A stretch of DNA of 42,770 nt, from NCBI GenBank assembly GCA_030064975.1, contig JASJDX010000005.1:1-42770 (forward strand), written 5' to 3'. The stretch comes from Pleurocapsa sp. MO_192.B19. Lineage in GTDB: Bacteria > Cyanobacteriota > Cyanobacteriia > Cyanobacteriales > Xenococcaceae. Both the position numbers and the translations under genes were made by a program. The notes beneath the pieces were generated by a model. The model made no database searches and had not been told where the DNA came from. It worked only from the letters and a program-made list of their open reading frames with translations. Shown in pieces: positions 29,870 to 39,871 of the stretch (positions are counted from its first letter, which is position 1; each line of letters opens with the position of its first letter).

Positions 29870-31207
29870 TCAAACTTTTTTCTGACGAGACCATAACAAC
29901 AGTGGTACGCCAGCGATTAATATGGCTAGGCCGACAAGTGCGCCAACGCCCGTATAGACAAGGCTCGAATACAGCAGATAAGCGCAAATTAGGCAAAAGA
30001 GAATCGGTGTAAAAGGGTAGAAAGGTACTTCAAAAGGTCTGGGAATTCCTGGCTCTTTGAACCGCAACACTAATAAAGACAAGCTGGTCAGCAGAAAAAA
30101 GAACCAAAATGCAGGGGCAGTGTAATCTACCATCGTTTTAAAGCTCCTGCGCGTTAGCGTTCCCAGTAAAACTAGGAAAAGTGCGATCGCTGCCTGCATC
30201 GACCAAGCCGAAGTCGGTGCCTGAGTGCGTCGATGCCAACTTCCCAAAAAACCGAATAGAGCAAAATCTTTTCCTAGGGCATAGTTAGTTCTAGCACCAG
30301 TAAAAATCGTGGCATTAATTGCACCTAAAGTAGCCACAGCAATCAGAAGGCTAATTAACCAGGCTCCAGGTGTTCCGACAGCACGACGCATTAGTTCTGA
30401 TGCTACTGCTTCTGATGCTGCCATTGTTTCTAAACCCAATCCCCGAATGTAGGCTATGTTAATTGCCAAATAAATCGCTGTAATAATGCCAATACTCCAA
30501 AGCAGCGATCGCACCATATTACGCTTGAGGTTGCGTAACTCGGCTGAGATATATGCAGCTTCATTCCAACCGCCATAGGATAAAAGTACAAAAATCATTG
30601 CTGTTCCTATGTTTCCCGAGGCAGCTTCAATAGGCTCTACAGAAGCAGGAGGGGAAGCAAACACCAAACCAACAATGACAACTAACAACAACCCGAAGAC
30701 TTTTGCTACTGTCAACCAATTTTGCGTCCACTTTCCTTGGCGAATACCAATAAGATTTAAAATGGTTAAAATTCCAATTGCTAAAGCGGCATAAATCGAA
30801 GCAGAATAGTCACCTAAATTTAAGATCTGGGAAGCATAATCCCCAAATACAAAAGCCAAAAGGGCGATCGATCCAGTTTGAATTGTTGTCATGCGTGCCC
30901 AAGCAAACAAAAAAGCAATCTGTTGACCGAAGGCGCGCTGAAGATAGTAGTAATTGCCTCCTGCATGAGGATAAGCTGTTGCTAGCTCCGCATAGCATAA
31001 AGCACCGACCAAGGACATTCCACCCCCCAGTAACCAAACGAACAGCACTACTGTTTCGCTGCCAGCATTGGCAGCAATAAAAGCTGGCGTTTCAAAAATC
31101 CCTGCACCAATTACTGCTCCAATGATTAGAGCTACAGCATCGATGAAAGTTAGTGTAGTTTTTGATTTGCTAGATACAGAAGTTGAGTTGATTAAATTAG
31201 ATTTCAC
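29870..31207 (-). CDS. APC-family amino acid permease
   Basis: IGAGIF, YAELATAYPHAGGNYYYL, YGGWN and RPFEVP motifs. Confidence 0.92.
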   Translation of the reverse strand: MKSNLINSTSVSSKSKTTLTFIDAVALIIGAVIGAGIFETPAFIAANAGSETVVLFVWLLGGGMSLVGALCYAELATAYPHAGGNYYYLQRAFGQQIAFLFAWARMTTIQTGSIALLAFVFGDYASQILNLGDYSASIYAALAIGILTILNLIGIRQGKWTQNWLTVAKVFGLLLVVIVGLVFASPPASVEPIEAASGNIGTAMIFVLLSYGGWNEAAYISAELRNLKRNMVRSLLWSIGIITAIYLAINIAYIRGLGLETMAASEAVASELMRRAVGTPGAWLISLLIAVATLGAINATIFTGARTNYALGKDFALFGFLGSWHRRTQAPTSAWSMQAAIALFLVLLGTLTRRSFKTMVDYTAPAFWFFFLLTSLSLLVLRFKEPGIPRPFEVPFYPFTPILFCLICAYLLYSSLVYTGVGALVGLAILIAGVPLLLWSRQKKV

Positions 31208-31231
31208 TTTGGCTCAATAGAGTTGTGATTG

Positions 31232-31440
31232 TAATACTTCTCGGTTAAGAATTAAGCAGTGTTGATGATTGAAAAAATTAGGCTGTTTTGGCGGTCAAGA
31301 CATTTCTTGATGAATCGATTTTTTAGAGGGAAATTTAGAACGAGCTTTTTTGATTACTCTGGAATTCTGTTTGCCTTGTTTGGAAGGAATTTGTTCGGCG
31401 ATAATATCCTGAATTAGCCGGAAAAAAAGAGAAAAAGGTT
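31232..31440 (-). mobile_element. IS4-family right-end remnant
   Basis: End sequence TAATACTTCTCGGTTAAG. The minus strand encodes ..IPSKQGKQNSRVIKKARSKFPSKK, like the C-terminus of cyanobacterial IS4 transposases (recognised from memory). Confidence 0.55.
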
Positions 31441-31619
31441 ATTTTCTCAAACATAACTTTGAGCTTATTAGTTCGCTTTTTCGTAGTAATTTGTATTGCA
31501 TTAGTTTCTCCTCTTATTGTGTTTTAAAGTTTAGCTATGGCATAATGCAATCGATACTTTAATTACTAATAATTTCTTCTTGTCTCACCCAATAGTATTT
31601 TTGGTAATCTCGCCCCAAC

Positions 31620-32291
31620 TCACAAATTACAACTTATCAAACGTCCTAAGAAGAAATTGGTCATTTTTGAGCCATAAGGAGAATTCCACCAGCGCGACGG
31701 AAGACAACCTGTTGGTGCGTTTAAACTGTAGTCGAGTTCGCTACATTTCAACCAACGACCTTTTTCGTGCCATCCGAGGCGATCGCCCCACTTGGCAATT
31801 AATTCTCGATTTTGTTCGACCGTCGTATCCAAATTTCCACCTAATTCTTGGTAAACACCTAACTGAATACTAAATCCAAAGCGATTTTTACTATGTTTAC
31901 GCCAGAGTTGGTCAATTGTCATCAGATCCTTACAGGGAATTTGTTTAATATCTTCTGGAGATAAATCTTCGATTTCTTTCTCTGTTATTTTTAGGATTAA
32001 ATCGATCGTTTCGGTATCGGCTTCTGACCATTTTTCTTCTACTAGATAATTTTGCAAATTTCTATATCTGTAAATATCTGATACAAGAAAAAAGTTTTCT
32101 TTTAATTCTGATATTTTTGTGGCTATTTCTGATGACTCTTTTTCAGAAGATGGTGTAACTGTGGCAGTTTTACTAGCATTTTTTTCTAATTCCAAGACGC
32201 GCCGATCCAGTTCTTCTAATTGAACTTTAATTTTTGATAGCTGCTGGTCTAATTGAAGATCGATGTCCTGTCTGTATTTAGAGTTAGTCAT
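31620..32291 (-). CDS. GUN4-domain protein with N-terminal coiled coil
   Basis: L..YL...KWSEAD.ET, IPC.DL.TIDQLW...S..RFGFS.Q, .GDRLGW, AP.GCLP. Confidence 0.88.
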   Translation of the reverse strand: MTNSKYRQDIDLQLDQQLSKIKVQLEELDRRVLELEKNASKTATVTPSSEKESSEIATKISELKENFFLVSDIYRYRNLQNYLVEEKWSEADTETIDLILKITEKEIEDLSPEDIKQIPCKDLMTIDQLWRKHSKNRFGFSIQLGVYQELGGNLDTTVEQNRELIAKWGDRLGWHEKGRWLKCSELDYSLNAPTGCLPSRWWNSPYGSKMTNFFLGRLISCNL

Positions 32292-32507
32292 AGGTTGAAA
32301 ACTGAGTAAAATTATCTATAGTTAGAAAAAATTGTTCAAAGCTTAACAAAGAATTATCAGAAGAATTGAACGTCTCTGCTAAATTGCAACAGTCACTATA
32401 CTTCGGGGTATCCCCCCTGTAGGGATTGAGGGTTACATTTGGCTGTAGATAGTTTGTTCTTGTCCCTATCGCTTTATAAATCTTTGTCTTTTACAACAGC
32501 TCTATCT

Positions 32508-33914
32508 TTAAAATTTTTCTCCTGCCAATTCTTGAATTGCCTCTACTTTTCGTGATTCTTCTATCTTTTCTATTGATGATCGAAAAACTAATCTCAGCAG
32601 AAAAGGTGCAATCAAAGTAGTAACAATTACCATAATAATAACTGCGACATCGAGAGATTCGGATAGAACTCCCGTCGCTGCGCCTAAACCAGCAAACACT
32701 AATCCTACTTCACCACGAGGAATCATACCTACTCCAATCGCCAGCCTATTAATTGGTTTATCGGTGAAAGTAACAAACCCAGCCCCTATCTTCCCAATTA
32801 CAGCAATCGTAATTAAACAAGCGGCAATAATCAAACTTTCTCGATTTTCTGCAACAAAAGGATTAAGAACGCTCAGGTCAACTCTAGCCCCAATAGTGAC
32901 AAAAAATACAGTTGTGTATACGTAAACAAAAGGTTCAAACAACTGTGCCAATCGTTCCTTAATACTCATTCCTCCCAAAACTAACCCTGCCGCAAAGGCT
33001 CCTAATAATGCTTCTAAACCAATGCCAATTGCTGTCAAAGCTAGTATATGGAGAAAAATTAGAGAAAACAACATTAACGCCGCAGGATTTTTGAAACGCT
33101 CCACTATGGGCGTAAAAACAGGACAAAAATAGCGATTGAGTAAAATTGCTACTAAAACAAAAATTGTGGCACTAATTAAAAGAGAGATGATCTTGGTAAT
33201 TTCAATTTCTCCAGTTTCGACTAGACTCAGGGCGATCGCCAGAACCACAATACCTAAAATATCATCAAGAATTGCCGCACCTAAAATAATCTGACCTTCA
33301 CTAGACTGGAGGCGACCGAGATCTTGTAGCACTTTAGCTGTAATTCCAATACTGGTAGCAGTTAAAGCGGCACCGGCAAAAAGCGCGGGAATTGTTGGCA
33401 CATCAAACAGGGCGCTCAGAGTGATTGCGCCTATGACTAGAGGTAAAACTACACCAGTAACCGCAACTGTAGCAGCTTGAGTTCCAACTTGGATCAACTC
33501 GGCTAAATCCGATTCGAGCCCGGTAACAAACAACAAAGTCAATAACCCAATGTTGGCACTTTCATTGATAAACGCTCGCATTTGAAATTGGTAAGCGGCG
33601 AGTGTGGTTTCAGGATCGGCTTGTGTTACCCATTCCAGAAATTGAAGCATCGTGCTGTTAGCTTGTTCGCCCACTTCGGAGAAAACCAGAATACTAAGTA
33701 TGGAACCACCCATGATTACGCCAGTTGCCAAATCTCCCAACACTGTTGGCAAACTCAAACGAACGCAGAGTTCACCTAAAAGGACGCTTAGAAGAAAGAT
33801 CGTGCCAGCAGTCACCATTAAAGAAGCGACTACTGCTTTAGTATAGGCTTCACCATTCGTTACTTCTGCTAGTAGATAAGAAGTTGTCCACAGAGGAGAG
33901 ATAAAAATGTTCAC
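32508..33914 (-). CDS. cation:proton antiporter (CPA2, NhaS3/NapA-like)
   Basis: LLF..GLESDL, ATSIGITAKVL, ILGAAILDDILG, GMIPRGEVGLVFA. Confidence 0.92.
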   Translation of the reverse strand: MNIFISPLWTTSYLLAEVTNGEAYTKAVVASLMVTAGTIFLLSVLLGELCVRLSLPTVLGDLATGVIMGGSILSILVFSEVGEQANSTMLQFLEWVTQADPETTLAAYQFQMRAFINESANIGLLTLLFVTGLESDLAELIQVGTQAATVAVTGVVLPLVIGAITLSALFDVPTIPALFAGAALTATSIGITAKVLQDLGRLQSSEGQIILGAAILDDILGIVVLAIALSLVETGEIEITKIISLLISATIFVLVAILLNRYFCPVFTPIVERFKNPAALMLFSLIFLHILALTAIGIGLEALLGAFAAGLVLGGMSIKERLAQLFEPFVYVYTTVFFVTIGARVDLSVLNPFVAENRESLIIAACLITIAVIGKIGAGFVTFTDKPINRLAIGVGMIPRGEVGLVFAGLGAATGVLSESLDVAVIIMVIVTTLIAPFLLRLVFRSSIEKIEESRKVEAIQELAGEKF

Positions 33915-34251
33915 TACCTTTTCATTTAGTTAATAGGTTAATTAAGATTGTTCTATCAAAACCATATAGACGTTGAATAATGATAAGATGGTGAAGCTTG
34001 ATAGTGAATAACCTAAATAAAATGTTAGGGTAATTTTACACTTAACCAAACTATTCGTTGAATCACTTTATCTAAGCGAATTCAAGAAATCATCCCGCAA
34101 TAATTCAGCCCTATCGTCTCGAAATATACAACTGTAGATTAAGACATTAAATACTGTTCGGCGCAAAACGGAACTAAAAATGAAACTCAACGCGTTTTAT
34201 ATCTGCTCTTATTACTAGAAGAAGAGATTGATATGCTTTTACCTAAAATTG

Positions 34252-35853
34252 CTAATATTGCGCTTGTTTTGAAAGTATTTCAGTTGACTTCTGCGGTTGT
34301 TGGGAAGAGGAAGTATCCGAAGAATATATGTCTTGTGACCGAATTAAAGTTAGCATCAACAAAGCTCCAACAAAAGAGACACAGGTAGTTATTACCAATA
34401 AATTACTAAACGCACTCGAATAACTTATAACAGCAGCTTCGGTAAATAATTCTTGTCCTCCAGAGACTGTTGCACCACTGATATCACCACGCGCTACCTG
34501 ATTTATAATCTCTGTAGCGGAATTTCCTAGTTCAACAGAAGTTCCCCATAGTAAATCAGTTAGACGATTTTGAGTTAGTCCAAATAGAAGAGCCCCAGCA
34601 CCGGCAATTGTGATTGAATCACCAGTAAGACGCATTGTATTAAAGATTCCTGTTGCCATCCCACTACGAGCAGAGGAAACCGTGCTTACGGCTAGGTTAT
34701 CTGTTTGTCCATTTACTATTCCAGAGCCGATGCCAATAATTAGCAATGCACCTATTAATGTCAACCTTTCAGTTTCTACAACAACTCCGCTCAACCAGAA
34801 GGCACCCAAACCATTCAACACCAGACCAATACTAACTAATCTACGTATTGAAAACCGTGCTACTAAACGACCAACTAAGATAGGAACTATTGACATAGGA
34901 ATAGTCAGGGGAAGTATCGCTAGTCCAGCCTCAATTGGGGAGTAGTTTTCAGTTCCTTGAAGAAAAAGTGGAAGATAAATTAATGGGGTAACAAAACCAA
35001 ACGAAAGTACCATTGGTAGTATCTGAGCAGCAATAAAAGTAGGTTTGCGAAACAACTTTAGATCGAACATAGGGTGATTCTGACCACGCTCGACTGTGAT
35101 AAAAAGGGTGATTCCTACCAAGAATCCAATCAACATTCCCAGAACTTTCGGACTGCTCCACCCAAGCTCGGCGCCGCTAATTAAAGTGTAGACGAGAAGA
35201 AACAAAGATATGCTAAAGCTAACAAGACCAAGACTATCAAAGCCTGTTGCTTCTGGATCTTTAGATTCGCACATTTTTGGAACTGCAAACACAAGGATGG
35301 CTAAGCCAGCAGGCACGTTAATAATAAAAATCCATCGCCAGCTCAAGGTGCTAGTCAGCACACCCCCTAACAATGGTCCGCAGGCAAGACCAACACCAAA
35401 GGAAGCCCCCACAAAGGCAAAGGCTTTGGCTCTTTCTGAACTGTCACTGAACGCACTAGCAATTAAGGCAGGACCTGTTGGTAAAACAAGTGCTGCACAA
35501 ATACCTTCCGCAGCTCGAGCTAGATTGAGCATCAGAGGATCTTGAGACAGTCCACACAGAAGAGCTGCAATAATAAAAAGAGCAACACCAATGGTGAAGA
35601 CGCGACGGCGACCCCATAAATCTGCCAGAGAACCAGCACCGAGTAACAATGCTCCGAAGGTCAAGTTGTAAGCATTTATAACCCACTGCAATTGAGCAAA
35701 GTTAGCATTTAAATCTTGACGAATGCTGTCTAGGGCTACTCCGACGCTGGTAACGTCGGTTGTCAACATTATTGCAGCTATACAAGTACCTATTAAAGTG
35801 GCTGGTTTACAATCTAACCAACCAATTGAGTTATTTTTTTGGGAATTTTTCAA
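34252..35853 (-). CDS. MFS drug-efflux transporter (DHA2/EmrB-like)
   Basis: LQWVINAY.L, GSLADLWGRRR, GPLLGG, WRWIF.INVP. Confidence 0.92.
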   Translation of the reverse strand: MKNSQKNNSIGWLDCKPATLIGTCIAAIMLTTDVTSVGVALDSIRQDLNANFAQLQWVINAYNLTFGALLLGAGSLADLWGRRRVFTIGVALFIIAALLCGLSQDPLMLNLARAAEGICAALVLPTGPALIASAFSDSSERAKAFAFVGASFGVGLACGPLLGGVLTSTLSWRWIFIINVPAGLAILVFAVPKMCESKDPEATGFDSLGLVSFSISLFLLVYTLISGAELGWSSPKVLGMLIGFLVGITLFITVERGQNHPMFDLKLFRKPTFIAAQILPMVLSFGFVTPLIYLPLFLQGTENYSPIEAGLAILPLTIPMSIVPILVGRLVARFSIRRLVSIGLVLNGLGAFWLSGVVVETERLTLIGALLIIGIGSGIVNGQTDNLAVSTVSSARSGMATGIFNTMRLTGDSITIAGAGALLFGLTQNRLTDLLWGTSVELGNSATEIINQVARGDISGATVSGGQELFTEAAVISYSSAFSNLLVITTCVSFVGALLMLTLIRSQDIYSSDTSSSQQPQKSTEILSKQAQY

Positions 35854-36069
35854 GATCTTTGCTCTCTTTTGAGAATAAACTTTCGCATTTTATCAAGCTA
35901 AAAAAATCCATTTACCAATGTTTTTATAAATTAAAACTCAAGTTTAGTTTAAACAGTCTTTATGAAAGCAACAATGGTCTATATTTTGATGTGGGTTTGT
36001 ATTTTTATGTTCCAAATCATTGTTAAAAAGTAGAATTGTCAAACTACAAAGATTTTTATCTCTTAGGAA

Positions 36070-36640
36070 ATTTAATGTTAAGACACTATGATTTCTCATA
36101 ATTAAATCCTGGATAGAAGAAAAATATGAGCCAGGAGCAGTAATTTATCTTGTTATTGATAGAAGCCAGTGAAGAGGGATAAATTTATTAATGGTTAGTT
36201 CATTGTATTAACGTCGAGGAATCCCAATATATCTTCGATTATTGCCCCTCAAGGTAAATAGTAATTTAGCACAACAAAAAACAGTTTTAGAACCAGTATT
36301 GGTAATCTTAAAAGAGTTGAAAATTGTGGTTTTAGGAGATAGAGAATTTTGTAGTATCGATTTAGCCAAATGGTTATCAGAATAAGCAAAGGTCTATCTA
36401 AGCTTACGATTAAAAAAGAATGAATATGTGGAGTTAGAAGATCAGATTTGGTTGCAATTAAAAGAGTTAGGATTAGCTCCTGGTACTGCCTTTTTTTATC
36501 CAGGAATTAGAGTTACAAAAACAAAGGAATTTAGTGGTTTTAATTTAGCTGCTAAATATCGCAGAAACTATCGTCAAAAATTTGCTAAAGAACCTTGGTA
36601 TATCTTAACAAATCTGAGTAACTTATCCGCAAATAAGGAA
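36070..36640 (+). pseudogene. IS4-family DDE transposase internal remnant
   Basis: YLVIDRSQ*, VVLGDREFCS, LRLKKNEY and EPWYILTNL motifs with several in-frame stops. Confidence 0.78.
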
Positions 36641-36644
36641 TTTA

Positions 36645-37074
36645 TCGCTAAATACAGTCTTCCTTTCGACCAATTGCTAATTGCCGCCATTACTAAAGGA
36701 AGGTAAATTTTCTCCACTTCGACTCTATGGTTTTTTAAAAAGCGACCCCATCGTTTCTGGTAGCTTTGAGCCTGGATTGCACGGCTAACGACAAAGGGCT
36801 CCCACTCTGTCAAACAAAGACTTTGACTTAGCAACACTCCCATCACCATCCAACTCAACGTAACTAGATGCCTTTTATCTGAGTAATGACTGTATTGACC
36901 TAAGTATTGCAGTAGTTGATGATAAAGAGGTGGGTGTTGAGTCATGATTTTTCACTGGTTTTTCGCAATTTCAGTGTCTCACGTTCACTGCCCATTTTTT
37001 TACGCTGTTTCTGCTTTTTATCTACTTGTGTCTATCAGCCAGGGTTTTGACTATTTACGCTCAGTGGTCACTGA
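36645..37074 (-). pseudogene. second IS4-family element: left end plus truncated transposase N-terminus
   Basis: ORF from 36945, LY.QL...L......DKRHL.TL.WMV...AQSYQKRW.RFL.N...LYLAI, cut off against the opposing remnant; end-like sequence CTCAGTGGTCACTGA at 37060-37074. Confidence 0.65.
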
Positions 37075-37131
37075 TTGAGAATGGATTCTTTCTAACAGAC
37101 TGCATCGGGCTGCTTTCGATAGGTGATGTTA

Positions 37132-38028
37132 TCACCCCCAACCTCCTCCATCCACAGAGACTATTGCTCCTGTCATATAAGAAGCTTCTGGACTACACAT
37201 AAACATCACGACACGAACTTGCTCCTCTGGAGTAGAAATCCGATTTATAGGATAACCAGATGCTAACTCCTCACGGGTAACGTTCCAATCACGAACAACT
37301 CGCTCCGTCATAGCTGTCTCGACTAAACCAGGAGCGATCGCATTAACCCGAATGTTCTGTTCCGCATATTCTTTTGCAGCTCCTTTGGTAATCGCTTCAA
37401 CCGCATATTTGCTGGCATGATACGGACTAATATTCGGAAATACCCGATGTCCACCAATGCTAGACATGTTGACGATTATTCCACTCTCCTGTTGGAGCAT
37501 TTGCGGGATTTCATACTTCATGGCTAAAAATATGCCACGTACATTGGTGTTCATGATATCATCCCATACTTCAGTGGTAGTGTCTGCCAAAGGAGCAGGA
37601 GGGCGATCTATACCTGCATTATTAAATGCAATATCTATCCGACCATAACGTTTTACGCAACTATCTATCAAAGCCTTAACATCTCTTTCCTCTCTAACAT
37701 CAGCCTTTTGATAGGTTGCTTTACCACCAGATGCTTCAATACTTTGAGCAACTTGATTTCCTAAATTTTCTCGCCGACCACAAAAATGAACAATTGCTCC
37801 TTCAGTGGCAAAGGCGCGAGCAGCAGCTTCTCCGATGCCTGATGTTGCCCCTGTAATCAAAACAACTTTTTCCGAAAACTGACCATTTGGATTCACTTGC
37901 CCAGTTGTTGAAGCAATAGGCTGTTGAGTATTAGATTGAGCGGTAGATGCTGCAAACGCAGTTGCTAGACTAGCAGCACTCGCAGCAGTACCTAAACTGA
38001 TAGCTTTACGGCGTGAAAAATTTGACAC
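37132..38028 (-). CDS. SDR-family oxidoreductase with twin-arginine-like leader
   Basis: TGATSGIG, NNAG and YHASK motifs; N-terminal SRRKAI followed by an Ala-rich segment. Confidence 0.9.
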   Translation of the reverse strand: MSNFSRRKAISLGTAASAASLATAFAASTAQSNTQQPIASTTGQVNPNGQFSEKVVLITGATSGIGEAAARAFATEGAIVHFCGRRENLGNQVAQSIEASGGKATYQKADVREERDVKALIDSCVKRYGRIDIAFNNAGIDRPPAPLADTTTEVWDDIMNTNVRGIFLAMKYEIPQMLQQESGIIVNMSSIGGHRVFPNISPYHASKYAVEAITKGAAKEYAEQNIRVNAIAPGLVETAMTERVVRDWNVTREELASGYPINRISTPEEQVRVVMFMCSPEASYMTGAIVSVDGGGWG

Positions 38029-38040
38029 GATTATAATTAC

Positions 38041-38163
38041 CTAAAAACTTACGTAGTTGACTACAATATTGGCACAGTCTCTAGCTAAGCAATTAGCTAG
38101 AGCATGTCCAATGTCTCTAGAAGCAACAGTTACAATTGCTACTTTTCCATTCAAAGAACTCAT
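38041..38163 (-). pseudogene. truncated duplicate of the SDR N-terminus
   Basis: MSSLNGKVAIVTVASRDIGHALANCLARDCANIVVNYVSF* versus [40 protein letters not shown] starting at 42490; the upstream DNA is also similar. Confidence 0.85.
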
Positions 38164-38227
38164 TTTTATCAACTTACTGATTTATTTTTTAACTTAATCC
38201 TTGTGATTAGTTTATGTATATTCTAAG

Positions 38228-39364
38228 TTATTCATTGTTGTTGTCATCACCTAATTCAACACCAGCACTACTACCACTAGTTTCAATTAGGGGATAATAA
38301 TGTTGAGGTTTAGCACCTACTGTTACTCCTCCGTGAAGCATAGCTTGCATTTCCGCACTGAAGAAAAAGTAGGGGAATTTTAATTCTGGAGAACTTGCTT
38401 CATTTAGGCGGGTTAAAAGCTCTTGGGGGATAGTAAAATCCAATGCCTGTAGATTATCTTTAAGCTGATGAGTTTTGGTTGCACCAACAATCACCGAAGC
38501 GATACCTGGCTGATTGGCAGCCCAATTAACAGCTACTTGCGCCATACTGTGTCCCATTTCTTTCGCTATAGCTTCTAACTCGGCAACAATTTTCCAGTTT
38601 CTTTCCGTAAACTTTTGAAAAGCGGGATTATTGACATTTTTGGTTGCTTCTAAACGACCTTCTCCCATTCCTCCACCTTCGCTGGGTCGATATTTTCCAC
38701 TGAGTAAACCACTAGCCAAAGGACTCCACACCATAATTCCCATACCGTGTTCCGTACCAAAAGGAACAAACTCATTTTCGATGTTGCGTTCGACTAGGGA
38801 ATATTCTAGTTGTAGGGTAGAGAGAGTTTCATAGCCTCTTAACTCGGAAATTGTTTGAGCGCGGGAAGCATACCAAGCAGGGACATCAGAAAGACCAACA
38901 TAACGCACCTTCCCAGAGCGTACCAAATCATCTAGAGTACGCATGACCTCCTCAGCAGGGGTAATTTTGTCCCAAGTATGGAGTAAGTAGAGATCGATAT
39001 AGTCAGTATTTAAACGTTTAAGTGACCCCTCTACAGCCCGCAGAATATTTTTACGCCCATTCCCCCCTGCATTAGGATTTCCAGGCTCAGCATTATAGGA
39101 AAATTTAGTAGCAATGACCATTTTGTCTCGTAAATCACGTTCGGCAATAAACTCCCCTAACCAAGTCTCGCTTGTACCATTGGTATAAAGATCGGCAGTA
39201 TCCAGAAAATTGCCCCCAGCATCGACATAATCATTAAATAGAGTTTGGGCAGTTTGACGATCTGCACCCCAACCCCATTCAGTACCAAAAGTCATTGTTC
39301 CTAAAGCTAGACGACTGACGCGCAATCCAGAACGTCCTAATGTGTAATAGTTATTGAGAGACAT
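38228..39364 (-). CDS. aldo/keto reductase
   Basis: LGRSGLRVSRLALGTMTFG, DTADLY, SLKRLNTDYIDLY, GKVRYVGLS, WSPLASG. Confidence 0.94.
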   Translation of the reverse strand: MSLNNYYTLGRSGLRVSRLALGTMTFGTEWGWGADRQTAQTLFNDYVDAGGNFLDTADLYTNGTSETWLGEFIAERDLRDKMVIATKFSYNAEPGNPNAGGNGRKNILRAVEGSLKRLNTDYIDLYLLHTWDKITPAEEVMRTLDDLVRSGKVRYVGLSDVPAWYASRAQTISELRGYETLSTLQLEYSLVERNIENEFVPFGTEHGMGIMVWSPLASGLLSGKYRPSEGGGMGEGRLEATKNVNNPAFQKFTERNWKIVAELEAIAKEMGHSMAQVAVNWAANQPGIASVIVGATKTHQLKDNLQALDFTIPQELLTRLNEASSPELKFPYFFFSAEMQAMLHGGVTVGAKPQHYYPLIETSGSSAGVELGDDNNNE

Positions 39365-39436
39365 AATTTTTCTTATTTCCTTTTGTTTGCTTAAGTAGCT
39401 CCACCTAATTAAACATTACAAGAGTAGGTCGTTCCC

Positions 39437-39815
39437 TTGATATACTCCCCATGAATACGCATTTCTCCAAAAGCTTGCTTTTTTCGCTGCTAAATTCAGG
39501 GGATTCTCAACACCAAAGTGATGAGCTACGTGCGGAGGCTACCATGAACCCCGACTACTGACTAGAATGCTTGCATTGACAATCTGTCGCGATGTTTACT
39601 TGTCTTTATCGCTAATCAGATACTTTTGTTTTATTGCTTCTACCCTCCTAGTCTCGTGCGTAGCAGCGTAAGTAAGGATACGGCTGGAAGCTACAGCATT
39701 ATAATTCTGGTTCTTTACCATTACAAGAATAATACCATGAATCAGGTAGGGATTAAAATCCCCACGCTAACCTCACGGATAAATCACGGAGGCTTGCGCT
39801 CCAAGAGTTTTTTCG
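39437..39815 (-). mobile_element. non-autonomous IS200/IS605-type mini-element (379 bp)
   Basis: Minus strand: TGAC|CGAAAAAAC..., left-end hairpin CCTCCGTGATTTATCCGTGAGG, right end GAATCCCC...GGGGAGTATATCAA. The flanks rejoin as GGT AAT GAC|GGG AAC GAC (GNDGND); no target duplication. Confidence 0.82.
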
Positions 39816-39841
39816 GTCATTACCAAACAGGTAATTATTAC

Positions 39842-39871
39842 CAGTGCCAACTGATGCATCAGTTGGCACTG
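39842..39871. repeat. perfect 30-bp palindrome with no spacer
   Basis: CAGTGCCAACTGATG-CATCAGTTGGCACTG. Confidence 0.9.
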
